From a virus (lineage: Duplodnaviria > Caudoviricetes), in IMG/VR virus record IMGVR_UViG_3300030095_006992, positions 1 to 44,110 of that record: DNA of 44,110 nt; one strand, 5' to 3'. Below, one piece after another: positions 34,179 to 42,784 of the stretch. The notes beneath the pieces are model-generated. The model was given only the letters and a program-made list of their open reading frames with translations. It ran no database searches and had not been told where the DNA came from. How positions within the stretch are numbered: position 1 is the stretch's first letter; every line of letters begins with the position of its first letter. A program made the translations under genes and the position numbers.

Positions 34179-34973
34179 ATGGACGATATTGAATTTCAAC
34201 GTGAACTGCTTACCGGAGCTATTGGTGGTGTCAGCAAGACACAACTGCTGAGAACACTTACAGAAAAATATGGCTGTACCGAAGAATATATAAATGAAGC
34301 ACTTAGCCACTGTTCATTAAAGACAAAGCCTAAAAGCATTAAACACAAAGATTTTTACGACTGTCCGATAACCAAGAAAGCAGAAAAAATAAATTATCCT
34401 TTTACACAAATTTACAAACAGGAAAATTTTTTAAGTGAAACCGAATGCGATGATTTGATTGACCTTATGAACCAAAACCTTAGGCCTTCCACAGTGTCTG
34501 ATGAGACAGACAGCAATCGTGTCAGCTCTTACCGAACAAGCACGACCGCTGACCTACACTACTTTGATAACGATTTTTACTTACACCTAGATAAAAAAAT
34601 TAGTGCGTTTATGGGATTAGAGCCATTTCTTGGTGAGGTCATGCAAGCTCAAAAGTACAAGCCAGGACAATACTTCAAAGAACATTGGGATTTCTTCGAC
34701 CCTTTGACCAAAGAATATAAAATTTACTGCGAATGGATGGGGCAAAGGACTTGGACAACAATGATATATCTAAATGATGTTGAAGAGGGCGGTGAGACAT
34801 GGTTTAAACACTTAAAACTCACAGTCAAACCCAAACGAGGTCTGCTTCTTGCGTGGAATAATCTTTACAAAAATGGCGTTCCAAATTTTAAAACAATGCA
34901 CGAAGCCTTTCCACCGAAACAAGGTGATAAGTACGTGATCACTAAATGGTGGCGCAGCTGGGCCTTAATTTGA
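34179..34973 (+). CDS. Prolyl-4-hydroxylase-like 2OG-Fe(II) oxygenase
   Basis: NFLSETEC, RTS, Y.PGQYFKEHWDFF, QRTWTTMIYLNDVEEGGET.F, HEA.P...GDKYVITKW. Confidence 0.9.
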   Translation: MDDIEFQRELLTGAIGGVSKTQLLRTLTEKYGCTEEYINEALSHCSLKTKPKSIKHKDFYDCPITKKAEKINYPFTQIYKQENFLSETECDDLIDLMNQNLRPSTVSDETDSNRVSSYRTSTTADLHYFDNDFYLHLDKKISAFMGLEPFLGEVMQAQKYKPGQYFKEHWDFFDPLTKEYKIYCEWMGQRTWTTMIYLNDVEEGGETWFKHLKLTVKPKRGLLLAWNNLYKNGVPNFKTMHEAFPPKQGDKYVITKWWRSWALI

Positions 34974-35102
34974 TCGCCCCTTCTGTTTCATGGCTAGTGC
35001 GATAGCCAAAGCCTGCTTGCGACTTGTCACTTTTTTACCACTACTCGATTTGAGTTCGCCTGCTTTGAACTCAGACATTACCTTTTCGACTTTATCTTTC
35101 AT
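34965..35102 (-). CDS. DUF6496-like small basic protein (45 aa)
   Basis: Read manually: MKDKVEKVMSEFKAGELKSSSGKKVTSRKQALAIALAMKQKGRSN. Confidence 0.7.
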   Translation of the reverse strand: MKDKVEKVMSEFKAGELKSSSGKKVTSRKQALAIALAMKQKGRSN

Positions 35103-35108
35103 GTCAGA

Positions 35109-35396
35109 TCACCATTTAACCTTATGGCTCCAATAACGCGCTGACATCTTGTCAGGACTCGAATCCTGAGCATCGTGCCTGGCGTAATAAGAAGCCTTAC
35201 GCGCCTTCTCTTTAGCTGTTTTAGGGTTTTTCCCAGCCCCTTTTACGCCTTGTTGACCGAAACGAATAATCTTCTCCTCACCTTCCTTGCAGGCTTTCAC
35301 CACATGGGACTTGGTCTCGTGGTCGAGAGTCCGCTTCGGCTTGTTGCATCTCATCTGCTCCTTAGCAAGCCTCTTTGCTTTTGCTCTATCAGCCAT
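35109..35396 (-). CDS. Basic phage protein
   Basis: KSHVVKAC..GEEKIIRFGQQG...RKASYYARH...SARYWSHKVKW. Confidence 0.75.
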   Translation of the reverse strand: MADRAKAKRLAKEQMRCNKPKRTLDHETKSHVVKACKEGEEKIIRFGQQGVKGAGKNPKTAKEKARKASYYARHDAQDSSPDKMSARYWSHKVKW

Positions 35397-35397
35397 A

Positions 35398-35562
35398 TCA
35401 GACCTTTAGAACGCCTCTTTCGACCTTACCGATAATATCGTTGCGTACTTCTCCCTTCAGCGCGGTGTCTCCAGGGGCAGGAACCCGCTTCTCTTTCATG
35501 CGCTCAAGAAAGTCTGCGAGAAACTGTTCTTCAGACTGATAGCCAGCTGATGGAGAAATCAT
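35398..35562 (-). CDS. Small hypothetical protein (54 aa)
   Basis: Read manually: MISPSAGYQSEEQFLADFLERMKEKRVPAPGD...; fills the gap between neighbours. Confidence 0.5.
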   Translation of the reverse strand: MISPSAGYQSEEQFLADFLERMKEKRVPAPGDTALKGEVRNDIIGKVERGVLKV

Positions 35563-35950
35563 TATCAATATATGTTTGAAGGGAATCCGTGCTTGGTAGC
35601 TTTATAGAGTTTGGTTTTTGCTCTAACCACTCCTTGATTTTAACTGACCTCTCTTCAGTAAAATGAATATTATTTTTAGTGTACCACTCGTCCAGCAACA
35701 TGGAGCCTTTAGATGTATTGCACGACGAGCAGCAACAACACATATTTGATCTAATGTTGTGACCACCCTTGTGTTTTGGTAGGATGTGATCGATGGTTGC
35801 GGTGTCTTGAGTTAGATGCTTACCGCAGTAGGCACAAGCCCAATCCCAAGAAGCAAAAATATAAAGTTTAAATTTTCGCCTTGCAAGTTTTGGGGTTAAG
35901 ACAATGAGATTGGCTAAAAGATCTTGCTCGCAATGAAACACGTTCAGCAT
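35531..35950 (-). CDS. HNH endonuclease (McrA/HNH_5 type)
   Basis: CAYCG...TIDHILPKHKGG...SN...CSSCNTSKG with intact catalytic residues. Confidence 0.88.
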   Translation of the reverse strand: MLNVFHCEQDLLANLIVLTPKLARRKFKLYIFASWDWACAYCGKHLTQDTATIDHILPKHKGGHNIRSNMCCCCSSCNTSKGSMLLDEWYTKNNIHFTEERSVKIKEWLEQKPNSIKLPSTDSLQTYIDNDFSISWLSV

Positions 35951-36029
35951 TCCAACCTTGTCAAAACTTTATGCTGCACACACCTGTACTTTTGCTATGT
36001 TCCCATTAATTAATTAGTCCAATTAAATT

Positions 36030-36239
36030 TTAAATTTCAATATTTTCCGCAGGATCATAATCCGAATCTTCAATAATTTTAAGCAGGAAGTAGTGCAATC
36101 TATCCAGCACCCAGCGTAAGTCTTCGTCAGGGACGTCGCTGATGATCGCGTCTAAACTCATTTCACGAGATGGCGGTGAAATGTGATCCGCCACTAAACA
36201 GAGCGCGTTGTATCGGTTTTTGTTAATGTCTTTCAACAT
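36030..36239 (-). CDS. Hypothetical protein
   Basis: MLKDINKNRYNAL...; starts 1 nt after the upstream stop. Confidence 0.6.
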   Translation of the reverse strand: MLKDINKNRYNALCLVADHISPPSREMSLDAIISDVPDEDLRWVLDRLHYFLLKIIEDSDYDPAENIEI

Positions 36240-36240
36240 C

Positions 36241-36444
36241 TCAACTGTCGAAATCTTCTGCAGGGGTTTCTTCAAGTGCAGCAATACGTCCACGGACAAT
36301 AGCCACACCCTCAAGTGCTCCAGTGACTTTGAGGTAAAGCTCTTTATTGCGCATTAACTCAGACTCACCAGTTTTGATGAATTCAGCGAGCTCTTCCTGC
36401 TGCTTGATGAGCTGCTTCTCTGTGTCTGAAAAAATTTCTTCCAT
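36241..36444 (-). CDS. Small coiled-coil protein
   Basis: ...KELYLKVTGALEGVAIV..., typical small phage coiled coil. Confidence 0.65.
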   Translation of the reverse strand: MEEIFSDTEKQLIKQQEELAEFIKTGESELMRNKELYLKVTGALEGVAIVRGRIAALEETPAEDFDS

Positions 36445-36474
36445 CTTGTTTGGACTATTCGAAATAAGTATAGC

Positions 36475-37284
36475 TTAATTTTTCCGGCAATTAAGCCATG
36501 CAAAGGCACTGCAACCGCCTCCAAAAAAAATACGATTACGAGATTCTTCAATGTCATATGTCACCGCTTTACCACTACCTTCTTCATTAGAAACCCAAAA
36601 ACCCCTCTGAATGTCAGCGCGACCGATTGGGTCATGCGCCAACCAGTGAGTGTCGCTGTAGCCGTAGATCAGAATGCAATATGTGAATCCTCGTGGTCTC
36701 TCAGGTGTCCCTTTAATTACAAGCCCTACAGGAATGCTAAGGCCTCGGTCGATCGTTTCTTTGATGTCGCTCTCATCTAAATCTCTGACGAACTTCATGG
36801 GAATACCCATTTCGCGCAAGATATCAAGGTGTGTGGTGGCTTTTGAAGAATCGCCATGGTTGTCAACCCTGATTACATACTCTTCATAAGTGTCATTATT
36901 AAAGAGTTTTTGCTGAAGGAGACACGCTCCTAAAGTGCAGGATAAGGATTTTGCAGCGTCGGTCACTCCGTTGTATGGGTGGTGTATGTAAGGGGTGTCT
37001 GGCAAAAACCTGAAGCCTCCTGACTCCAGATACGGAGGGGCTGACGTTGGTATGTTGCTGTCGATCCAGTCCTGATTTTTAATCCACCAGGCTCCAATCA
37101 CCATCTTTATCTTTGTATAATCTTCTGAAATATTAAGAATAAAGCAATTCTTTAGATGCCTGTCCTTAAGGACAAGGGCATACTGATCTGGCGCCAGATC
37201 CTCAGTACATCTCGGCTCCTCTAGAAGCTCTGTATTACTGATCGAGGTTAGGTCAATAGAAGCGCCTGGCTTACCTAAAATCAT
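36475..37284 (-). CDS. Peptidase C39-like protein with a degenerate catalytic dyad
   Basis: HGDSS...H...L...G; I...IDRG.SIPVG; ILIYGY...WLAHDPIG, the fold of cyanobacterial C39-like proteins, but the expected Cys and GHW His positions read Ser and Tyr. Confidence 0.65.
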   Translation of the reverse strand: MILGKPGASIDLTSISNTELLEEPRCTEDLAPDQYALVLKDRHLKNCFILNISEDYTKIKMVIGAWWIKNQDWIDSNIPTSAPPYLESGGFRFLPDTPYIHHPYNGVTDAAKSLSCTLGACLLQQKLFNNDTYEEYVIRVDNHGDSSKATTHLDILREMGIPMKFVRDLDESDIKETIDRGLSIPVGLVIKGTPERPRGFTYCILIYGYSDTHWLAHDPIGRADIQRGFWVSNEEGSGKAVTYDIEESRNRIFFGGGCSAFAWLNCRKN

Positions 37285-37538
37285 TTAGCTGGAGGTGTCT
37301 CATCCTTCGGCTCGACTGTAAACTTTTTTTCAGATTTTCTGGTATCTTTATCATCTTTTCTAGAGATTCCATATACAGCTAAGACTGATGTCACCAAGGA
37401 TGAAATGAACGCTGCATCAATCTTTGCATAACCCATGTAGCTTGCAGTCAACATTGCAAGCGCCCAAGAAAGAACACCAGCAGGGACAAGAGTCGTTAAA
37501 AGATCCCTAAAAGCAAACTGTGGGTCATCGTCTTTCAT
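37281..37538 (-). CDS. Two-TM membrane protein (holin-like candidate)
   Basis: Two hydrophobic helices and a highly charged C-tail, ATGA-coupled to the C39-like gene. Confidence 0.6.
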   Translation of the reverse strand: MKDDDPQFAFRDLLTTLVPAGVLSWALAMLTASYMGYAKIDAAFISSLVTSVLAVYGISRKDDKDTRKSEKKFTVEPKDETPPAK

Positions 37539-37597
37539 CTCAACATTTTATACTGAATGTGCTCCTACTAAGATCAATATACAAATGAGGTTTTTTT

Positions 37598-38080
37598 ATG
37601 TGGAGGCTGCTTGTTATTATCGCTTTTGCGGGAACTCCTGCTTACGCTGATATTACCCATAAACTACAGAGCTCAGTCCAGTTGACTGTTGATGCTGCTG
37701 CAACGAATGCAATGAGGCTCGGTTCCTCATTTTCTGTTAGCGGGAATGGTGTAGATACTACTGATGGAACAACTGCAAATACTATTTCAGCTGGAACAAT
37801 CACTCAAGGTGTTTATGCACCAGGGACTATCTCTGTCACGCAAGATACACCTGGTAGTTCGTTCTCTTTTAGTCAGTCCTATATCGCCGGTGATGCAGTC
37901 CCAAGCTCTGCTCCAACCGTAGGAGCTGTCCCAAACTTCTCCAGTGTGACAAGCACGTCAGCCGGGACAGCAGGTAGCCTGGCTGGCACCCTCACATCTG
38001 CAGGTGCGGTTTCTGTGACTGCAGGTGGAGCTGGAACAACGGCTACAGGGCAACACGTAAGTGAAATTACTGTCCGATAG
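37598..38080 (+). CDS. Secreted Ser/Thr/Gly-rich cyanophage protein
   Basis: Signal peptide ...TPAYA|DITHKLQSSVQLTVD; beta-rich. Confidence 0.8.
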   Translation: MWRLLVIIAFAGTPAYADITHKLQSSVQLTVDAAATNAMRLGSSFSVSGNGVDTTDGTTANTISAGTITQGVYAPGTISVTQDTPGSSFSFSQSYIAGDAVPSSAPTVGAVPNFSSVTSTSAGTAGSLAGTLTSAGAVSVTAGGAGTTATGQHVSEITVR

Positions 38081-38536
38081 ATGAACCGTTTGCATGAGGG
38101 AATTGCTTTAGGTTTCACCCTAGGGCTGCTTCATGGATTAATGCAGCCTGGATACTCAGTGCCTGTTGTCCCCAACTTCACGCAAGGTAGTTTGACCCAA
38201 AAAACAGAAACAACTTCTGTTGTGACTGAGGTTATAAATTCTATGGATTACAACACGGGCTACCAATACTCCGTGACGGGCACTAATATAAAGAACACAG
38301 GGAACAGTATTGCGCCCTCCACAACTTCTGGAAATAGCAATACTCTTAATGGCGTTACCAGCACATGGACAACACTGGATGCTGCAAACAAGCCAAGCTG
38401 GTCAATAATCGACAACACCAAGGGATTTCAATTTACCGAGACGCTACAGGCGCCCGGTTTGGCAAATCACACGATTGTAAACAGAGCTACAGAGATAAGA
38501 AGCGTCACAGAAAGTACATCCATTTTCTCGCAATAG
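38081..38536 (+). CDS. Secreted cyanophage protein
   Basis: Hydrophobic N-terminus then VPVVPNFTQGS...FQFTET...PGL. Confidence 0.8.
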   Translation: MNRLHEGIALGFTLGLLHGLMQPGYSVPVVPNFTQGSLTQKTETTSVVTEVINSMDYNTGYQYSVTGTNIKNTGNSIAPSTTSGNSNTLNGVTSTWTTLDAANKPSWSIIDNTKGFQFTETLQAPGLANHTIVNRATEIRSVTESTSIFSQ

Positions 38537-39360
38537 GGATAGCATCTTTACTTGGTGCGCCCTCATGGGCAGGTGATGTCGGAGGTGTCAGCGCCACTGC
38601 AAACCCAATTGCTAACAGCAGTGGTAGTGTAACCAATCAGGCTATTCAGGTACTTCAAGGGCCTTATATCACTAATACTTATGGGGCCGGTATTCAATGC
38701 CAAGGGCCGACCCTCAATGTCACACCGTTTATGACACGGACTGGCTCATTTCAACAGCCTTTCGAAGACTATTACAACGACCCTGTCTATGACACCAGTG
38801 ATTTAAATGACGATGGGGTACTCGACAACCCTGGAAAAGTTCTGTATTACAGGCCAGTAAGGACAGGTCAAAAAAATAATTTCAGCTGGAATGCTGGTCT
38901 CTCTGCAACGCTTTCTATACCTCTCGACGGAGGTCTTCAAGCAAGGTGTAAGCGAGCTGCAAATGCACAGATTGCAATACAAGAACAAACCTTGGCCAAT
39001 CGAAGGCTTGATTTTGAAATTGCGCGTCTTAAAAATTGTGGTGTATTAGCTAAGCAAGGTATAACGTTTCGTCCTGGCTCACAGTTTGCAAAAATATGTG
39101 CCGACATTGTCGTGAAAATGCCTGATGAAACTGTGTCTCCGCACGTGCACCCTATTTCTTTAACGACCGTCTTAGAGCGAGAAGAGCACGATTCCGATCC
39201 CGCTGGGCAAGGATACGATCACGGACTGACTCAACCTTTGTCTTCTTCCCAAGTACGTCAAACAGTTTCTTCTGGGTCTTCTTCACAACAGGCTTCACCA
39301 GCTTTAGAAGCAAGTCGGCAAGCGGCTTTGCTAGGAGGGCCGCTGAAGTCGCAACAATAG
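38365..39360 (+). CDS. Exported cyanophage protein (start unresolved)
   Basis: Signal-like KKRHRKYIHFLAIGIASLLGAPSWA|GDVGGVSATANPIANSSGSVTNQAIQVLQG; LDFEIARLKNC. Confidence 0.75.
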   Translation: MDNTGCCKQAKLVNNRQHQGISIYRDATGARFGKSHDCKQSYRDKKRHRKYIHFLAIGIASLLGAPSWAGDVGGVSATANPIANSSGSVTNQAIQVLQGPYITNTYGAGIQCQGPTLNVTPFMTRTGSFQQPFEDYYNDPVYDTSDLNDDGVLDNPGKVLYYRPVRTGQKNNFSWNAGLSATLSIPLDGGLQARCKRAANAQIAIQEQTLANRRLDFEIARLKNCGVLAKQGITFRPGSQFAKICADIVVKMPDETVSPHVHPISLTTVLEREEHDSDPAGQGYDHGLTQPLSSSQVRQTVSSGSSSQQASPALEASRQAALLGGPLKSQQ

Positions 39361-39877
39361 CGATCGAAGCTGTCGTGGTTACCTGCTCTGGTGCAGGCAG
39401 GAAGTCGATCAGGGTTGCTTTTGTCTCCACTGGCTGAGTCGTGACGCTTTCTGAAACTGGTTTAGCAGGCTCTGCAGGTGGTTCTTGAGTACTCTCTGTG
39501 CTCGGTGGCTTTGGCGTGGGAAATTTCGTCGGTAATTCTGGAGTCGCAGGAACTTCTGGAGGCTGAGGTTTATAAGCTGGCGCGGGTGTCTCTACGCTAT
39601 AAATTAAATCTTGTGGTGAGTAATCAAGAGGAGTAAAAGATGGTGCACTCGAGTCGCAGTAAGTCTTGACACCATTCTGGTCATCCTTTTGGATCGAATT
39701 AGATTTATTTGATAAAGGGTGCGACTCTACACACCCTGGCATTAAAACAATCGGTGTTCCAATATTGAGAGTAACAGGCACCTCAATCGTGTTTACGACA
39801 GGAGGAAGCACCGTCCAAGAATGAACCTGAACGGTGCTGATTTTATTGATACCTATGTCAGGTATCTCAGGCATCAC
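39152..39877 (-). CDS. Pro-rich membrane-anchored cyanophage protein
   Basis: PIVLMPGCVESH, Pro-rich linker, hydrophobic TTASIAIVATSAALLAKPLA, basic tail. Confidence 0.75.
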   Translation of the reverse strand: MMPEIPDIGINKISTVQVHSWTVLPPVVNTIEVPVTLNIGTPIVLMPGCVESHPLSNKSNSIQKDDQNGVKTYCDSSAPSFTPLDYSPQDLIYSVETPAPAYKPQPPEVPATPELPTKFPTPKPPSTESTQEPPAEPAKPVSESVTTQPVETKATLIDFLPAPEQVTTTASIAIVATSAALLAKPLADLLLKLVKPVVKKTQKKLFDVLGKKTKVESVRDRILAQRDRNRALLALRRSLKK

Positions 39878-40161
39878 CTCATTGGGATAGCTGGTCCAGT
39901 CTGTTTAGGAAAAACTTTCAGCTGACTTTGATGCTGAGAAGTTATCTCCGGTTTTATTTTATCAAAAAACATGGAGTCCATGTTGCCGGTCAAGTCTTTT
40001 GTCTGAACACTAAGTAGACTTGTTAGCTGGCCACCGATGCTCTTCATCAACGCATCCTTTTGCTCTTTGATGATCGCGTCTTTATTTAAGTAGACGTAAC
40101 CGATCAGCAGATTGGGAAAAAGCGCAAGGACTGTGATTGCCAGCCTAAAAACTAAAGTCAC
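39874..40161 (-). CDS. Single-TM hypothetical protein
   Basis: N-terminal hydrophobic helix; C-terminal PKQTGPAIP. Confidence 0.65.
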   Translation of the reverse strand: MTLVFRLAITVLALFPNLLIGYVYLNKDAIIKEQKDALMKSIGGQLTSLLSVQTKDLTGNMDSMFFDKIKPEITSQHQSQLKVFPKQTGPAIPMR

Positions 40162-40487
40162 CAGGGTACACCGCTGAGTTTTGTTGGAGAAATTTTTTCT
40201 GTAAGTGCGGCTTCAAGAGCGTTTTCAATGTCAGTAACTTTATCGGCGCCACCGATAGCAGTCTGCGCCCAACCAATTATCGTTTCCTCCGTCAAAGAGT
40301 CATAAGCTACAAGTTCACCTTCGGGGCGCTCGACGCCAACGCTGCCGTAAGCACCTTGAGAATAAGCTTGGCCTTCAGAATCTAAGGTGTCACTGACAGC
40401 AGTTACGGAATAATGAACGTTATAAACATATCCATCTGAAACCTCTCTCTCGAGGGTGTTGATGGACCAAGTAGTGGTAATAGTCAT
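40158..40487 (-). CDS. Tail-fibre-associated hypothetical protein
   Basis: TTWSINTLERE..DGYVYNVHY...Y.SLTEETIIGW...GVPW; lies directly downstream of a tail fibre. Confidence 0.7.
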   Translation of the reverse strand: MTITTTWSINTLEREVSDGYVYNVHYSVTAVSDTLDSEGQAYSQGAYGSVGVERPEGELVAYDSLTEETIIGWAQTAIGGADKVTDIENALEAALTEKISPTKLSGVPW

Positions 40488-40560
40488 GATATTAAAATAC
40501 CTTTACAAATTATATATCAAAAGTCTTTTGTCAACTTTCGGTAGACACTACTCAACCTCG

Positions 40561-40603
40561 AGTGTAACTTCAGAGCCCCGCGTTGCCACGGGGCGGGTTG
40601 CCG
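40561..40603 (-). repeat. 43-bp conserved element, copy 2 (downstream of tail-fibre gene)
   Basis: AGTGTAACTT-cag-AGCCCCGC-gttgc-CACGGGGCGGGTTGCCG, immediately after the stop codon. Confidence 0.85.
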
Positions 40604-42784
40604 CTAGGCGATACCAGCATCAGATAGACGCTGCTCTAGGGTTTCAATCCTCTCCATTGATTCCTGCAGCGCCTTGACTGCTTTCATGTAAAGGACCGAA
40701 TAGTTCAGGCTTTTTGTTGTAGTGCCAAGATCAATGTCTTTGTCATCTAGGTCAGGGGTAGTTTTGACCAAACCAGGTGATACAAGTTCAACTTCTTGTG
40801 CAATTAAACCGAGTTGCGTATGGGTTTGATGTCCGGTTTCAGCCTTAAAATTATAATTACGGACTTGAAGCTGTTTTAGGTCTTCCCACTGAGAATTTGC
40901 GTCAACAATATTTTCTTTTAACTTTACGTCAGAAAGACTGCCATAAGAATTATTTGTATTGTCCAAATCTCCATTTCTTCGGACTACACAACATTCGGTC
41001 CCAGTCCCTAGGTCACCAGCAGTTGCACTACGCCTTAAAGATAATATTTTATTGGTGGCATTGGCAGAAGCCACAGTTGAAAACAAATGATCAGTTGAAG
41101 GAGTTCCATCGCATTGAGCTTTTATTTGTCCACGCCTGTCGATTTGCATCCGCACCGTCGGAGAACTCGCACCATCCGCAGTAGTGGAGAACGTTAATCT
41201 CCCCGGCATGTCATTAGCACCAGGAGTGTCATCCACTACAGCAGAAATTTGCGCTGCTCTAATTAGATGAGTACCGTCAGCTCCCTCAAAATTAATGTGA
41301 CCAATGGTGTCACCACTCTGAACAATGGTGGTGGAATTTACTGCTGCACCTCGGGATTTACCTAAAACAAGATGTGATGGACCGTCATTGTTTGAGTTTC
41401 TGACGGCACTTATGGTGGTTGTATTTTGCGTTGTTCCTTCTAATTGAATATGTGACGAATCAGTGCCATCATTGAAATTGGCTCGCGCACTAGACGTACC
41501 CACCAACAACCGGCCACTTGTATCAATTCGCGCTTTTTCACTGCCATTAACTTGAAATAAAACTGGATTATTAGCAGAACTACCAAATTTTGCATCCCCG
41601 TTATTTCCAAAGAATCCAGCATTAGCAGCGTGTTGAATATAACTTCCTGCTGCGACAGTTCCAGGCGTTGCGGTAAGCCCTCCTGTTGCGATTGTTCCAT
41701 CGCTTAGGATTCGCATCCGCTCCGTCGGAGAACTCGCCCCGTCGGCGGTAGAGGAGAACACAAGGCGACCTGGATAGTCATTAGTACCAGAATCAGCGTC
41801 TGCGTAACATTCAATACCAGCATAACTAGCACCCGTATTGTCTCCAAAATTGATAAGACCTATCTGGTTATTAGCACCGAATGCTGCTTGTCCCCTTTGC
41901 AAGGAAATATGACCGGCTCCTGCGGGTGTGTTTGGATAACCTTGAATAACAATATTTGCGTACTGCCCGTTTCCAGCCGTAGGGCTAGTAGACGTACCAA
42001 CTAAGAGCCTGCCTGAGCTGTCGACTCGTAGGCGCTCGGTCGCGTGATCCTCAAATATTAAGTTGCGACTACCATTGTTATAAATATAAAAAGCTTGGGA
42101 TTGGCCTCCAGGAACAAGCTGAATACCTGCCGAATTTGTACCACCAGTTGACTTAAGCTGTAAAAAGGCTTGGCTAGCGTTAACATCTACGGTTGTAGTA
42201 GGGCTTGAGGTTCCAATCCCAACCCGATCATTCCCGCCATCGACAAACAGCATGTGTGTCTGACCGTTTGACTCCACGCGGAAGTCAACATCATTACTGC
42301 CGTCGTTAAATACAACTTCAGAACTGCCAATCTCTAAACGTTCAACCCCACCAGTGGTGACATTTACCTTATCTGCTGCACTACTGAACAGGCCACTATC
42401 AGTACCACCTAGCTGAAGGGACGAAGTAGCAGCTGAACCATCAGCTAAATTAACAGTAAGCCCAGTTGAAAGCTTCGAAGTAGTGACGGTCGCATCACCA
42501 GGAGTATTAGTATCAGTTACGTCGCCCTGGATGACACCAAAGAAATCAAGGCTCGCTGCAGGAGCCGTGGTAAAAGTAATCTGACTACCTGCGATTGTGA
42601 AATCAGTGAGAGGGTTCTGGATTACACCACCAACTGAAATCCACAGCTGGAGGGCACTCCCAACACTTACGTTCTGACTTGCAATTTGTAACGTGAATGT
42701 CGTCTGGCTACCATTAAAGCCACTGGAAATGTCGTCTAACTTACGGTTCTGGCCACGAACCAGCTGTTTTCCAATGTAAGGCAC
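40604..42784 (-). CDS. Tail fibre with N-terminal virion-anchor domain, ERMRI-type repeats and peptidase S74 chaperone
   Basis: MPYIG...LDDISSGFNG...ISVGGVIQNP..DFTIAGSQITFTTAP; PGRLVFSxTADGASSPTERMRI modules; SDVKLKENI...LGLIAQE. Confidence 0.88.
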   Translation of the reverse strand: MPYIGKQLVRGQNRKLDDISSGFNGSQTTFTLQIASQNVSVGSALQLWISVGGVIQNPLTDFTIAGSQITFTTAPAASLDFFGVIQGDVTDTNTPGDATVTTSKLSTGLTVNLADGSAATSSLQLGGTDSGLFSSAADKVNVTTGGVERLEIGSSEVVFNDGSNDVDFRVESNGQTHMLFVDGGNDRVGIGTSSPTTTVDVNASQAFLQLKSTGGTNSAGIQLVPGGQSQAFYIYNNGSRNLIFEDHATERLRVDSSGRLLVGTSTSPTAGNGQYANIVIQGYPNTPAGAGHISLQRGQAAFGANNQIGLINFGDNTGASYAGIECYADADSGTNDYPGRLVFSSTADGASSPTERMRILSDGTIATGGLTATPGTVAAGSYIQHAANAGFFGNNGDAKFGSSANNPVLFQVNGSEKARIDTSGRLLVGTSSARANFNDGTDSSHIQLEGTTQNTTTISAVRNSNNDGPSHLVLGKSRGAAVNSTTIVQSGDTIGHINFEGADGTHLIRAAQISAVVDDTPGANDMPGRLTFSTTADGASSPTVRMQIDRRGQIKAQCDGTPSTDHLFSTVASANATNKILSLRRSATAGDLGTGTECCVVRRNGDLDNTNNSYGSLSDVKLKENIVDANSQWEDLKQLQVRNYNFKAETGHQTHTQLGLIAQEVELVSPGLVKTTPDLDDKDIDLGTTTKSLNYSVLYMKAVKALQESMERIETLEQRLSDAGIA

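Noticed and set aside
13343-42784. Invertase-driven shufflon
   Set aside because: All repeats are in direct orientation and no site-specific recombinase was recognised in the window.
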